A DNA stretch of 64,000 bases, taken from a virus (lineage: Duplodnaviria > Caudoviricetes). Each line of letters opens with the position of its first letter. The first letter of the stretch is position 1. Where the stretch lies: positions 897-64,896 of the IMG/VR virus record IMGVR_UViG_3300036779_000023; one strand, written 5' to 3'. The notes beneath the pieces are model-generated. The model was not told where the DNA came from, ran no database searches, and saw only the letters and a program-made list of their open reading frames with translations. Position numbers and translations under genes: made by a program. This document shows, piece by piece, positions 43,417-52,194 of this stretch.

Positions 43417-43687
43417 AGTTTCGCTCCCTTGGTGATGATGACAGTTTCCCGATGCTCTCGGGCAGTGATCCGATGAAGTAGTCCAAGAGATCGGCGTCGC
43501 GCAGCCACTGCACCGCCGTCTCGCTTGTTATCATTCTCCCCTTTAGCGCCACCCCTATGCGGGTGATCTCGCTCTCGATCAGCTTGGCGCGCAGCGTGCC
43601 AACCCGGCACGCCTGCAGCAAATAGTCGCGGTGCTGCTCCTCCTCCTCGCTGATGTAGCCGGTCGGCAGGTCGTCGGTGATGCTCAT
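43082..43687 (-). CDS. Hypothetical protein upstream of helicase (C-terminus overlaps helicase)
   Basis: Purine-rich SD before MSITDD; the first ~90 aa look coding. Confidence 0.45.
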   Translation of the reverse strand: MSITDDLPTGYISEEEEQHRDYLLQACRVGTLRAKLIESEITRIGVALKGRMITSETAVQWLRDADLLDYFIGSLPESIGKLSSSPRERNYASTETGPERRDADAAAGDDGRSQARGDAGADRVRQNGAVGGGGEQRAAKKQEGAVHGAGDQSGRSDGGDVLSAGHQRRRRDSGQPSPDGRLSAGAGGERADAAEEGDARG

Positions 43688-44194
43688 TCCCCTTCCTTCC
43701 ACTATTACTACTGTTAGAGTCTTTCTTTCCTTGGCTAGCCTCTTGCTCACCTCACTCCCTGCCTCGCTCCAAAATCGGCGCCCGTCGACCCATGGCCCAT
43801 GAGTCTGCGTCCGCCGGAGTGGGCGGTATGCGCAACTTGGAAAGGACAAGGAGTGAGCCCGCGCGACGTGGCCAACGAAGAACGCGGTCTCTGACCGGTG
43901 TTGTTGCCCGCACCCGGTCAGGGATTAACCCTCACTCGTGCGGTGAGACTGGAACCGGGCTTGCGTTTTCGGGGGAGTCTGCTATGTATCAGGCAGGACT
44001 GGGAGACCCGGGACGACAACCGGTTCGAAGCAGTTTCAGAGAGAGGTGGTCGCGATCAACGGCCACCTCTTTCGCATTTCTGAGCATGACGAAGAGTCGC
44101 CCGTCACGCAAGCTTCATATTTTATTACATCTCCAAAATAAGACTCGACATCAATGGGTTGGCCGAATCACCCGCCCGGTACACCAGCGGTTGA

Positions 44195-44833
44195 CTACGG
44201 CTGCCGGCGATTGTCCGCGATTGTCGACGACCGTCCGGATGGCTCGTCGAACTTGGTCGCCTCGTCCCCCCGCACCGTCCAGCCCGGCCTGCTGCGGCGT
44301 CCGAACAGGTCGAGACGGGGACCGCGACAATATGACTCAATGCGCCCGTAAACCTCGTCAGGCTTGCGGCTATGCTCCCGGAGCGGGGCGAAGATCACCT
44401 GCCGCACCGCCTTCGACAGCCGCATGGGCGAGCCCCGGCGGCCCAGCAAACACAGCTCTACGTTCTGCCGGGTGGTGTGGCCGAGCCCCATCCATGTGAT
44501 CGCATCGTCGATGTAGCCGAGCCAGCGCGGGTGCCACGTCGAGTTGAGCTTCACCCAGACGAACGCGACCGAGCTTGGCTCGAACCCCCACGCGCGCATG
44601 ATCGGGACATGAGCGCCGGACACGATGAACGGCCCGGTGCACCAGAAGAACAGGTGACAATCCGGCGCGGCGTGCGCCACCACCGGCAGCCGCAAGATGT
44701 CGTGCAGCGACATGCAGTCATAGTGCTGCTGCGCGCTGCGATCCTCGCCAGCCTCAGACCAGCTCTCGAACTGCCACGGCACATCGCTGTGGATGCATGC
44801 GAAGTGATGGTAGGGCAGGCCGTCGAGGAGCAT
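44195..44833 (-). CDS. MT-A70 family adenine methyltransferase
   Basis: I.SDVPW...HY..M...LF.W...WGF...FVWVK...G.G..TR.N.E.CL...REHSRKPD...DLFGR...GW. Confidence 0.85.
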   Translation of the reverse strand: MLLDGLPYHHFACIHSDVPWQFESWSEAGEDRSAQQHYDCMSLHDILRLPVVAHAAPDCHLFFWCTGPFIVSGAHVPIMRAWGFEPSSVAFVWVKLNSTWHPRWLGYIDDAITWMGLGHTTRQNVELCLLGRRGSPMRLSKAVRQVIFAPLREHSRKPDEVYGRIESYCRGPRLDLFGRRSRPGWTVRGDEATKFDEPSGRSSTIADNRRQP

Positions 44834-45030
44834 TATCCATGTCCGGCGCCACGCACGAAACGCGGAGGTGGTGGCGGTCCCCAGTCATCCGGCCACATGC
44901 CCCATACGAACTCGTCGTCGCATTGGATGCAAAAATGTTCGATGCTCGTCACGCCATCAGTGATAAACTTCACCTCACGCAGCGGCTCGCCATGCACAAA
45001 AATGCCGCCACACTTCGAACAGCGGCTCAT
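44833..45030 (-). CDS. Small Zn-ribbon protein
   Basis: CSKC...CIQC. Confidence 0.55.
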   Translation of the reverse strand: MSRCSKCGGIFVHGEPLREVKFITDGVTSIEHFCIQCDDEFVWGMWPDDWGPPPPPRFVRGAGHG

Positions 45031-45509
45031 CACCAGTTTCTCCCAATGATCGGCCGGGCGCCCCATTTCGCGATCAACATGCCCTCGGCGCGTTGGTGAT
45101 CCTTCTTGCGCGCAAGGACAGCAGCATGCATCGGAAACAACGTCAATGCCAGTTGGCGCGAAGCTTCCTTGTCGCAACCGACGAGATCGAAATACTCTTT
45201 CCACACCGCCGCCTCGACCAGCTCCAGATCACTGGCCTGCACCACGACGTGGCACATTGCCTTGATCATGCCAACCGCGACGCCGAACCGGAACGCGCTG
45301 ACGACGCCTTCCTTCGGCATCGAGTGGACGTTTTCGATGACAATGCGATGGGGCCGCACTATGCGCAGCCAGCGCAGCAGCGCGTAGCTGTCGATCTCCA
45401 GCCGCTTCCCAACTTGGTGCGTCGGCAAGTCGATCACAGCGAGCATGCCGCGCCTCTCGCAGAGCGCGGCTGCGGCTCCATGTATGCCCGGGTCGATCCC
45501 AACGATCAT
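45030..45509 (-). CDS. RuvC-like Holliday junction resolvase
   Basis: VGIDPG, IVIENV.SMP..GV.SAFRFG, WK..F.L...DKEASR, RAEG.LI. Confidence 0.85.
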   Translation of the reverse strand: MIVGIDPGIHGAAAALCERRGMLAVIDLPTHQVGKRLEIDSYALLRWLRIVRPHRIVIENVHSMPKEGVVSAFRFGVAVGMIKAMCHVVVQASDLELVEAAVWKEYFDLVGCDKEASRQLALTLFPMHAAVLARKKDHQRAEGMLIAKWGARPIIGRNW

Positions 45510-46243
45510 TCAGCGGCTTCTGGCGCCGGACCGTTGCCCGTCTTCTTCTGGAACAGCGAGGAGCGCTCCTCGGCGTTGTCGGCCTGTTTCTTCGCGGCGG
45601 CCTGCTGCGCCTTGAACTGGCTGCGCGTGACCCGGGTGCCCGACGTCGGCTCCGGCTCCAGCTTCTTGAAGCCCTTCGCCAGCTCGTCCTGCGTCTTGCT
45701 CTTGCCCTCTTGATGGTCGTGGTAGCCGCGCATGTAGGCCTCGAACCCGGGCGTGCCCGGCGCATAGATCGGAGATGCCGGCTTGTTGGTGCGGGACGCC
45801 TCCTCGCCATCGGCATAGGCCTGCATCTCGATGTCATGGTCGTCAGCCTCGACGAACAGGTCGAGCTGCTTGCCCAATCCGTAGCCGAGCCATTTCGCGA
45901 TCGTCATGTCACGGGCGATCGCGGCCTTGATCTGTTTTTCCCCGGTCTGGGTCTTGAGCTGGAACGCCACATCGAAATCATGCTGCAGAAAACCGTCCTT
46001 CTTCGCGGTCTTATAGCCGTTGCGCAGGTTGGCGTTTGCGGTGTTTGACAGCTCGCGGAGCCGGGCGATCTTGGGGAGGTGGTGATCGAGGAAGAGCGCC
46101 TTGCTTTCCTCGTTGACCATGCCGCCCTTCTTGCGCATCGCCACTTCAGGCGTCTTGACTGGCTTCACCTTGGTGATCTTCTTCGTTGCCTTCTTTACGG
46201 CTGGTTTGAACTTGGGCTTCGACCTTTTCGCTTTGGCTGCCAT
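45506..46243 (-). CDS. GapR-like DNA-binding protein with K/P/A-rich N-tail and Rmf-like motif
   Basis: Basic AKRSKPKFKPAVKK tail; LRNGYKTAKKDGF...GKQLDLF; AY.DG..A...Y.PG...Y.RGY. Confidence 0.55.
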   Translation of the reverse strand: MAAKAKRSKPKFKPAVKKATKKITKVKPVKTPEVAMRKKGGMVNEESKALFLDHHLPKIARLRELSNTANANLRNGYKTAKKDGFLQHDFDVAFQLKTQTGEKQIKAAIARDMTIAKWLGYGLGKQLDLFVEADDHDIEMQAYADGEEASRTNKPASPIYAPGTPGFEAYMRGYHDHQEGKSKTQDELAKGFKKLEPEPTSGTRVTRSQFKAQQAAAKKQADNAEERSSLFQKKTGNGPAPEAAE

Positions 46244-46351
46244 TGCGCTCTCCGTAGGACAAGAGGGGTGGGGGCCGACAGTGAACCTGTCAAGTAAGCT
46301 GTCGACCCCCTTGCGGCCCGATCCGGGGGGGCAGGTGGGTACAGGCCGCAA

Positions 46352-46594
46352 TCACGCAAAATCGGATGGTCGCAGATGCCGCTTGCGAATGCCAGTGGCA
46401 TTCGACAGCGGGGTCACGTATTTCAGCGGCACGTCTCGCCAGCGGGTGACCGCCTGCTTGCTGATGCCGAGAAGCGAGGCCAGCCGCATCTTGGTATAGC
46501 CGCTATCCAGCAGCCGCTGATAGGCGTCTCGGTCGCGCTCGTCGACCTTTTTGGGCGGCGGGTTGCGTTTTAGCACGGGTCGGGGTTTCCTCAT
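46352..46594 (-). CDS. Cro-like helix-turn-helix regulator
   Basis: LASLLGISKQAVTRW..VP......S.ATGI....LRP; sits at the divergence point. Confidence 0.8.
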   Translation of the reverse strand: MRKPRPVLKRNPPPKKVDERDRDAYQRLLDSGYTKMRLASLLGISKQAVTRWRDVPLKYVTPLSNATGIRKRHLRPSDFA

Positions 46595-46611
46595 GTTCCC
46601 ATTCCTAGCAG

Positions 46612-46690
46612 GTCAACATGGGGTTGACAAGGCATGCGCAATGCGTCTATAAGACGGCACGAGCCAAGGGGGCTCGACTGGGAGCATCAC
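46612..46690 (+). promoter_or_regulatory. Early promoter/operator cassette 5 (rightward)
   Basis: GTCAAC-N5-GTTGAC (46612-46628); TTGACA-18-TATAAG; CGAGCC...GGCTCG hairpin; GGGAGCATCAC ATG. Confidence 0.8.
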
Positions 46691-46900
46691 ATGATCGTCG
46701 AAACGTCCGACAATCGCTTCTATTCTGTCCGTGAAACTGGCAATCCCGATCTCGGCCATCTCTGGGTCGGCATCGAGGTCCGCCTCACCAAAGGCAAGTG
46801 GGTAAAGCGCCCGAACCGGCGCGGCGGCGGCAACCGTCCCCAGCTGATCCGCAAGGCCGCTTCCAAGGTCATTACGGAGCACGTATGCGAGACTTCCTGA
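46691..46900 (+). CDS. Hypothetical protein, first rightward gene
   Basis: RBS and promoter cassette upstream. Confidence 0.65.
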   Translation: MIVETSDNRFYSVRETGNPDLGHLWVGIEVRLTKGKWVKRPNRRGGGNRPQLIRKAASKVITEHVCETS

Positions 46901-46980
46901 ACGACATGGCCATCTGCGCCGGCCAAGCCATCCTCGTCACCGTCATCATCATAACCCTCGCCGTCTGTATCGGCGTCTAA
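46885..46980 (+). CDS. Small membrane peptide (31 aa)
   Basis: MRDFLNDMAICAGQAILVTVIIITLAVCIGV; GGAG SD. Confidence 0.45.
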   Translation: MRDFLNDMAICAGQAILVTVIIITLAVCIGV

Positions 46981-46995
46981 CCGGAGACCTTCAAC

Positions 46996-47901
46996 ATGAC
47001 CGACACCAGCAATCCCCGTGCCGTCGTTGGCGACAACATCGGCGTCGACCAAGCCGAGATCGTCAACAGCCGCCTCGCGCAGGACTATGCCGAATCGGCC
47101 AAGTCGCTGGCCGAGCTGCGGGCCGAGGCTGCCCCGCTCAAGGAAACGCCGTGCACCTCGGACGAGAACGCCGTCGAGCGCGGCGGCGTGATCAAGCGCT
47201 TCCGCGATCTCGACAAGCGGCTGGAAGCGTTCCGTGAGGCTGAGAAACAGCCGTTCCTGCGTGGCGGCAATGCCGTCGACAGTTTCTTTTTCGCCATGCG
47301 CGATCTGATCGGCAAGCGCAATAAAAACGATCGCTCGGTCAAGCCCGGCGATGCCGACATTCTGCAGGCCACGATCGACGACTTTCAGCAGGAGAAGATC
47401 AACAAGGAACGCGCCCGCCTGCTCGCCGAGCAGCAGGAGCGCGATCGGGTCGCCCGGGAAGAAGCCACGCGCCTCCGCAAGGCACAGGAGGAGGCAGACG
47501 AGGCCGCCCGGGCGGCTGCCCGAGCCCGCAAGCCCGAGACGCGGGAGGAGAAGACGACCATCGCCATCAACGCGATTGGGATCGCGGCCGAGCAGAGGGC
47601 GCGCGCCGAGCTGGCGCAGGAGCAGGCCGAGGAAGCCCGGCTGGCGACGCTGGTCAAGCCCGCTGACATTTCCCGGGTGCGCGGTGTCACCTCTGGCGGT
47701 GGAGGCGTCCTGCTCACGACGGCGCGCGAGCCCTACGCGATCCTGACCGATCGCTCAAAGCTCGACATGAACGCGCTGCGCCCGTACTTCACCGACGCCG
47801 AGATCGAGAAGGCGTTGCGCGGCTGGGCCCGGGCGACCGGCCACAAGATGCAGATGGCTGGCGCCGAGATCGGTGTCGGCAACAAAGGCGTCACGCGGTG
47901 A
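46996..47901 (+). CDS. Coiled-coil protein of the recombination module (Gam/Gp157-like)
   Basis: RAVVGDN...R.AEKQPFL.GG.AVD.FF...long helix; position before ERF/exonuclease. Confidence 0.6.
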   Translation: MTDTSNPRAVVGDNIGVDQAEIVNSRLAQDYAESAKSLAELRAEAAPLKETPCTSDENAVERGGVIKRFRDLDKRLEAFREAEKQPFLRGGNAVDSFFFAMRDLIGKRNKNDRSVKPGDADILQATIDDFQQEKINKERARLLAEQQERDRVAREEATRLRKAQEEADEAARAAARARKPETREEKTTIAINAIGIAAEQRARAELAQEQAEEARLATLVKPADISRVRGVTSGGGGVLLTTAREPYAILTDRSKLDMNALRPYFTDAEIEKALRGWARATGHKMQMAGAEIGVGNKGVTR

Positions 47902-48137
47902 CATGGCGGACCAGCTCACCCAAAATCCTGCTCGCCGAGCTACGGCCCGGCGGGTGGCTGCTTGGCCGCAGCGGCCTGTATCCCGCTTATCTGCGGCTGC
48001 ACAAGACCGACGTGTCGGCCGATCTCCGCAAGCTACCGCCAGATCACGAATGTGTCTGGCAAATCACTGGCGATCCTGAACAGACTGGGCACTACGCCAA
48101 GGATCGCCGCACCGTCATCATCTGGCTGGGGAAATAA
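47898..48137 (+). CDS. Hypothetical protein
   Basis: GTGA overlap. Confidence 0.5.
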   Translation: MTWRTSSPKILLAELRPGGWLLGRSGLYPAYLRLHKTDVSADLRKLPPDHECVWQITGDPEQTGHYAKDRRTVIIWLGK

Positions 48138-48139
48138 CG

Positions 48140-48550
48140 ATGAGCCGAATCGTCTCTGCGCCCCGGTCGGCGGTGCTCAAGAAGCCGCCGCACGGGGAGG
48201 CCTGCAACAGATGCGGCCTGTGCTGCATGATGACGCTCTGCCCGCTCGGGCAGCACGTCTTCAAGCGGGTGATGGGACCGTGCCCCGCGCTCGAAATGGA
48301 CGCCGCTGGGGTGTCGTCCTGCGGGCTGGTCGCCGATCCGGGCGCCCACGCACTGGGCCACACACTGGCCGCCGGTGGCCGTGAGAACGCCTCCGAGGCG
48401 GCGAAGTGGCTGATCGCCTCGAACACCGGCTGCGATGCCCGGATCAATGGCGAACCGGTGAACGAGGCGTTCAACGATCGCTGCCGGCAATGGGATCGGG
48501 ATCACAAGAGGCAAGTCGTCAAGGCGCAAAAGACGTGGAGGATGCCGTGA
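48140..48550 (+). CDS. YkgJ-like (CxxCxxCC) cysteine-cluster protein
   Basis: CNRCGLCC....CP...CPAL......CGL. Confidence 0.7.
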   Translation: MSRIVSAPRSAVLKKPPHGEACNRCGLCCMMTLCPLGQHVFKRVMGPCPALEMDAAGVSSCGLVADPGAHALGHTLAAGGRENASEAAKWLIASNTGCDARINGEPVNEAFNDRCRQWDRDHKRQVVKAQKTWRMP

Positions 48551-48702
48551 CAGCACCTGAAAAGTTTTTGCTGTACATACTCTCCATTGTGACTGATCGG
48601 GACATCAAGGCCGTCCTGCTGCAGAGCTTCATCGCGGAGTACGGACCGCTGAGCGAGAAAGCCGCCAAGCTGGTCCGCGAAAATCTGAAAGCGAAGCAAT
48701 GA
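48547..48702 (+). CDS. Hypothetical 51-aa protein
   Basis: GTG start overlapping upstream TGA, GGAGG SD. Confidence 0.5.
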   Translation: MTAPEKFLLYILSIVTDRDIKAVLLQSFIAEYGPLSEKAAKLVRENLKAKQ

Positions 48703-49181
48703 AGCGACCTTACATCCCGGTGGCAGTGCGTCTGCGCGCCGCCGAGTTGCAAGCATTATACAGCACGCGCATTCCGGATGGATGGTGGCGCTATTACCAA
48801 AGAATCTGCTACGCCGGGACTACCTCTCCAACCATGAGACTGCATTACGTACTGGAATCCTTGTTTGCCGGTGAAAAGGTAGAGTTGGATCATAATCCAG
48901 CGCTGCGCCTGCGAAAGTTTAACCGACGCACCGGAAGATACATGCCAGACGCCAACGATCCGCGTTATCTGACCTATCGCTTGGTACCGGATCATGACCA
49001 CAAAACTTTCGGCCGCAAGCCGGGTGCCAGCCGCACTGTGACCACGAAGGGATCGGACACATGGCTCGCGAAGAAGTTTCGGAAACTGGAGCGCCCGCAG
49101 AAGTTGAAGCGAAAGATACCGTCCCGACCGTTCGGGAAGAGCCGGTCATCATTTGCGACCTCTGCGGCAAAGGGCTCTTGA
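48699..49181 (+). CDS. HNH-like endonuclease
   Basis: VELDHNPAL...DAND..YL......H..KT. Confidence 0.6.
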   Translation: MKRPYIPVAVRLRAAELQALYSTRIPDGWWRYYQRICYAGTTSPTMRLHYVLESLFAGEKVELDHNPALRLRKFNRRTGRYMPDANDPRYLTYRLVPDHDHKTFGRKPGASRTVTTKGSDTWLAKKFRKLERPQKLKRKIPSRPFGKSRSSFATSAAKGS

Positions 49182-49360
49182 GAATGTGGCCGGACGGGGT
49201 CGACATCGAGCCCGTCTGGCTGGTGCTGAGTACGCTGCAAAACGGGGGCGAATGCGGCGGCGCTCTCATGATGGTCAGCCGTTCACAGGCGATGGACATC
49301 GCCGACAGATACGAGAAAATAGGGAGTGATCAATGGCTAAGAGGGCAACGAAAACCGTGA
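49061..49360 (+). CDS. Hypothetical protein (start uncertain, possibly 49184)
   Basis: Fills the gap before ERF. Confidence 0.4.
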   Translation: MAREEVSETGAPAEVEAKDTVPTVREEPVIICDLCGKGLLRMWPDGVDIEPVWLVLSTLQNGGECGGALMMVSRSQAMDIADRYEKIGSDQWLRGQRKP

Positions 49361-50220
49361 GCAAGACCACGCTGCCGGCGCGATCAAAGCCGGTGCTGGT
49401 CGTCGACAACACCCAGTCCAACCGGCTGATCGATGCGATCATCCGGGCGGCGGCCGATCCGCGCGTCAAGGTCGAGAAGATGGAGCGGCTGGTCGCGCTG
49501 CAGCGATCGATGGAGGAGCGCGCCGCCAAGATCGCGTTCGATGCGGCGCTGGCCGAGCTGCAGCCCGAGCTGCCGATCATCGATCGCAACGGCAGCATCA
49601 TCATCCGCAAGAAAGACCCAAAGACCGGCGAGCGCACCGGGCCGATCGAGCAGAAGACGCCCTATGCGAAATGGGAAGACATCATGGAGACAGTGCGCCC
49701 GATCCTGCACAAATTCGGCTTCGCGCTGTCGTTCCGCACGCCGGCCGACCCGCAAGGCCGGGTTGCCGTGACAGGCATCCTGTCGCGCGGCGGACACCGT
49801 GAAGAGACCACGCTGTCCTACCAGCACGACACCACGGGATCGAAGAACGCCGCGCAGGCGATCAACTCCTCGACCAGTTACGGCCAGCGCAAGACCGCCT
49901 GCCTGCTGCTCAACATCATCAGCCGGGGCGAAGACGACGACGCCAAGAAGTCCGAAGGCTTGGAGCGCCTTACGACCGCGCAGGTGAACCTGCTCGACAA
50001 GCTGGTCACCGAATCGGGCGCCGATCTCGCCCGCTTCCTCATCCTGTTCGGCGTCGACAGCCTCGCCGACATCCCGCAGCTGCGCTTCAATGAAGCGAAG
50101 GCGCAGCTGAACCGCAAGCTCAAGGACAAGAAGGCGCGCGAGAAAGCGGCGAAAGAAACCTCCGATTTCCCGGGCGACAAACCGCTGAAGACGGAGCCGC
50201 CGAAAAACGAGTTCAGGTGA
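49333..50220 (+). CDS. erf: ERF-family single-strand annealing protein
   Basis: YAKWEDI...VRPIL.K.GF.LSF...Q.INSSTSYGQR......NI...EDDDA. Confidence 0.8.
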   Translation: MAKRATKTVSKTTLPARSKPVLVVDNTQSNRLIDAIIRAAADPRVKVEKMERLVALQRSMEERAAKIAFDAALAELQPELPIIDRNGSIIIRKKDPKTGERTGPIEQKTPYAKWEDIMETVRPILHKFGFALSFRTPADPQGRVAVTGILSRGGHREETTLSYQHDTTGSKNAAQAINSSTSYGQRKTACLLLNIISRGEDDDAKKSEGLERLTTAQVNLLDKLVTESGADLARFLILFGVDSLADIPQLRFNEAKAQLNRKLKDKKAREKAAKETSDFPGDKPLKTEPPKNEFR

Positions 50221-50224
50221 GAAC

Positions 50225-50842
50225 ATGTCAACTAGATACGAGATCATCGAGTGCGAGCAGGGCACGCCGGAATGGCACGAGGCGCGTCGGGGCATCCCGA
50301 CCGCCAGCCGCTTTTCCGACGTGCTCGCCCAAGGCGAGGGCAAGATGCGGACCAAATATTTGCGCCAGCTGGCCGGCGAGATCGTCACCGAGGAGGTGAT
50401 GGCCGACTACTCGAACGACCGCATGAAGGATGGCCGGGAGAAATACGAGCCGATCCTGCGCAAGCAATACGAGTTTGACAACGCCATCGACACCATGCGG
50501 ATCGGCTTCGTCAAGATGAACCCGGAGCTGTGCCGGTGCGGCTGCAGTCCGGACGGCTGGATCGGCGATCAAGGCATGGTCGAGTTCAAGTCGGCCGAGC
50601 CGCACATCCTGATCGAGCTGTTGGAGACCAAGAGATTTCCGACCGAGCACACCGCGCAGGTGCAGGGCAATCTCTACATCAGTAAGCGCAAATGGTGCGA
50701 TCTCGTGATCGGCTGGCCCAAGCTGCCGCTCTACGTCGTGCGGGTCCAGCGCGACGAAGACTTCATCGCCCGGCTGTCGGTGGGGCTGAAGGCGTTCAAC
50801 AAAGAACTCGACGCCATGGTCGAGCGGCTGAGGAACTACTGA
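50225..50842 (+). CDS. Lambda-exonuclease/YqaJ family recombination nuclease
   Basis: QGTPEWH..R.G.PTAS.F...CSPDG...EFKS...QVQG.L...RKWCD. Confidence 0.9.
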   Translation: MSTRYEIIECEQGTPEWHEARRGIPTASRFSDVLAQGEGKMRTKYLRQLAGEIVTEEVMADYSNDRMKDGREKYEPILRKQYEFDNAIDTMRIGFVKMNPELCRCGCSPDGWIGDQGMVEFKSAEPHILIELLETKRFPTEHTAQVQGNLYISKRKWCDLVIGWPKLPLYVVRVQRDEDFIARLSVGLKAFNKELDAMVERLRNY

Positions 50843-51366
50843 TGGCCACCGTCACCCGTCGCCCCGTGCATGTCGTCTGGACCGGCGCATCGTTCGTGCC
50901 GCAAGGCCCGGACATGCGCCACTGCCAGCATTTCTTCGGTGCCGGCGAAATCCTGATCATCGATCCCGAGCAGGAGCGGGACATGAACAGCCACCGCCAC
51001 TACTTCGCCCAGCTGCACGAGGCATGGCGCAATCTGCCGGAGCGGCTGGAGAAGAAGTATCCGACCGAGGACATCTTCCGCAAGAAGCTGTTGATCGAGG
51101 CCGGCTTCTTTCACCTCGACGAGATTGTCTGCGACACCGAGCGCGACGCCGCCGTCGTCGCCGCCTTCATGGCTCCGCTCGATCCCTCCACCATCATCCG
51201 GGTACGGGGCCCGGTGATCATGAAGTACACCGCGATGTCGCAGTCCGTCGCCGCGATGGGCCGCAGCGAGTTTCAGAAATCGAAATGGGCGGTGCTCGAT
51301 CTCGCCGCGAGCCTGATCGAGGTGACGCCGAAGCAGCTGGAAAAACACACGGGGAAAAGCGCATGA
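50842..51366 (+). CDS. NinB-like recombination accessory protein
   Basis: R...SHRHYFA.L...W.NLPE...RK..LI.AGF...SQS..AM...EF; TGATG overlap. Confidence 0.6.
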   Translation: MATVTRRPVHVVWTGASFVPQGPDMRHCQHFFGAGEILIIDPEQERDMNSHRHYFAQLHEAWRNLPERLEKKYPTEDIFRKKLLIEAGFFHLDEIVCDTERDAAVVAAFMAPLDPSTIIRVRGPVIMKYTAMSQSVAAMGRSEFQKSKWAVLDLAASLIEVTPKQLEKHTGKSA

Positions 51367-51581
51367 CCATCGAGATAGGAACCGAAGCCGACATGGTGCT
51401 CGTCGATGCAATGATCGCCTTGCTCGATCAGCGGCCTGATCCGATCGCGCAGCAAAAAGCGATCGAAATCCTGATGGCACGGCATGCACGCCGCGCCTCC
51501 GATTTTCCGGACGAGCGCCAGTTCGTGTTGAAATCCATGGTGAGGCACGCCACGCAAATCCTTATACAATCGAAGGTCTGA
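51363..51581 (+). CDS. Hypothetical protein
   Basis: ATGA overlap. Confidence 0.55.
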   Translation: MTIEIGTEADMVLVDAMIALLDQRPDPIAQQKAIEILMARHARRASDFPDERQFVLKSMVRHATQILIQSKV

Positions 51582-51585
51582 TCAC

Positions 51586-52194
51586 ATGACGCTGCATCTG
51601 GCGATCGACATCGAGACCACCGGGCTGTTCGACTACACCGTCCCGGCTGATGCGCCGGGGCAGCCGCGCGCCGCCCAGATCGGCATGATCTGGCTCGACC
51701 ACGATCTTGTCACCATCCGGGAAAGCGAGTGGCTGATCAAGCCGGACGGCTGGACCATCAGCGACGAGGCCTCCGCCGTGAACGGTCTCACGCAGGAGAT
51801 GCTGGAGCAGGATGGCGTGCCGATCGACGAAGCACTGCAGAATTATGCCAAGGCGATCGACGACCGCAACGTCATCATCGGCTTCAATGCCGCCTACGAC
51901 ATCAAGCTGATGCGCGGCGAGCTGCGCCGGGCCAAGCTGGAAGACCGCTACATGCAGACCAAGACGCTCGACGTCATGCAGGGCTGTCGCTACGTCGTCG
52001 GCGCCAAGACCTTGGCCGGCAAGAACAAGGTGCCAAAACTGGAGGAGGCCTGCGCCTTCTTCGGCATCGAGCGCGAGCCGGTGCCGCACCGTGCGCTCGG
52101 GGGCGCCCGGGCCTGCGTCGAGATTCTGCGCAAGCTGCGCGAGATGGGACAGATGCCGTTCTACAAGGACCCCTATGACAAGCGGAGGAAGTGA
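51586..52194 (+). CDS. DEDDh 3'-5' exonuclease (DnaQ-like)
   Basis: DIETTG, GFNAAYD, HRAL. Confidence 0.85.
   Translation: MTLHLAIDIETTGLFDYTVPADAPGQPRAAQIGMIWLDHDLVTIRESEWLIKPDGWTISDEASAVNGLTQEMLEQDGVPIDEALQNYAKAIDDRNVIIGFNAAYDIKLMRGELRRAKLEDRYMQTKTLDVMQGCRYVVGAKTLAGKNKVPKLEEACAFFGIEREPVPHRALGGARACVEILRKLREMGQMPFYKDPYDKRRK

Noticed and set aside
46288-46311. Sixth operator copy upstream of the GapR-like gene
   Set aside because: TTGACA is present, but the palindrome is degenerate with 6-bp spacing (GTCAAG-N6-GTCGAC) and there is no credible -10 or GGAGCATC
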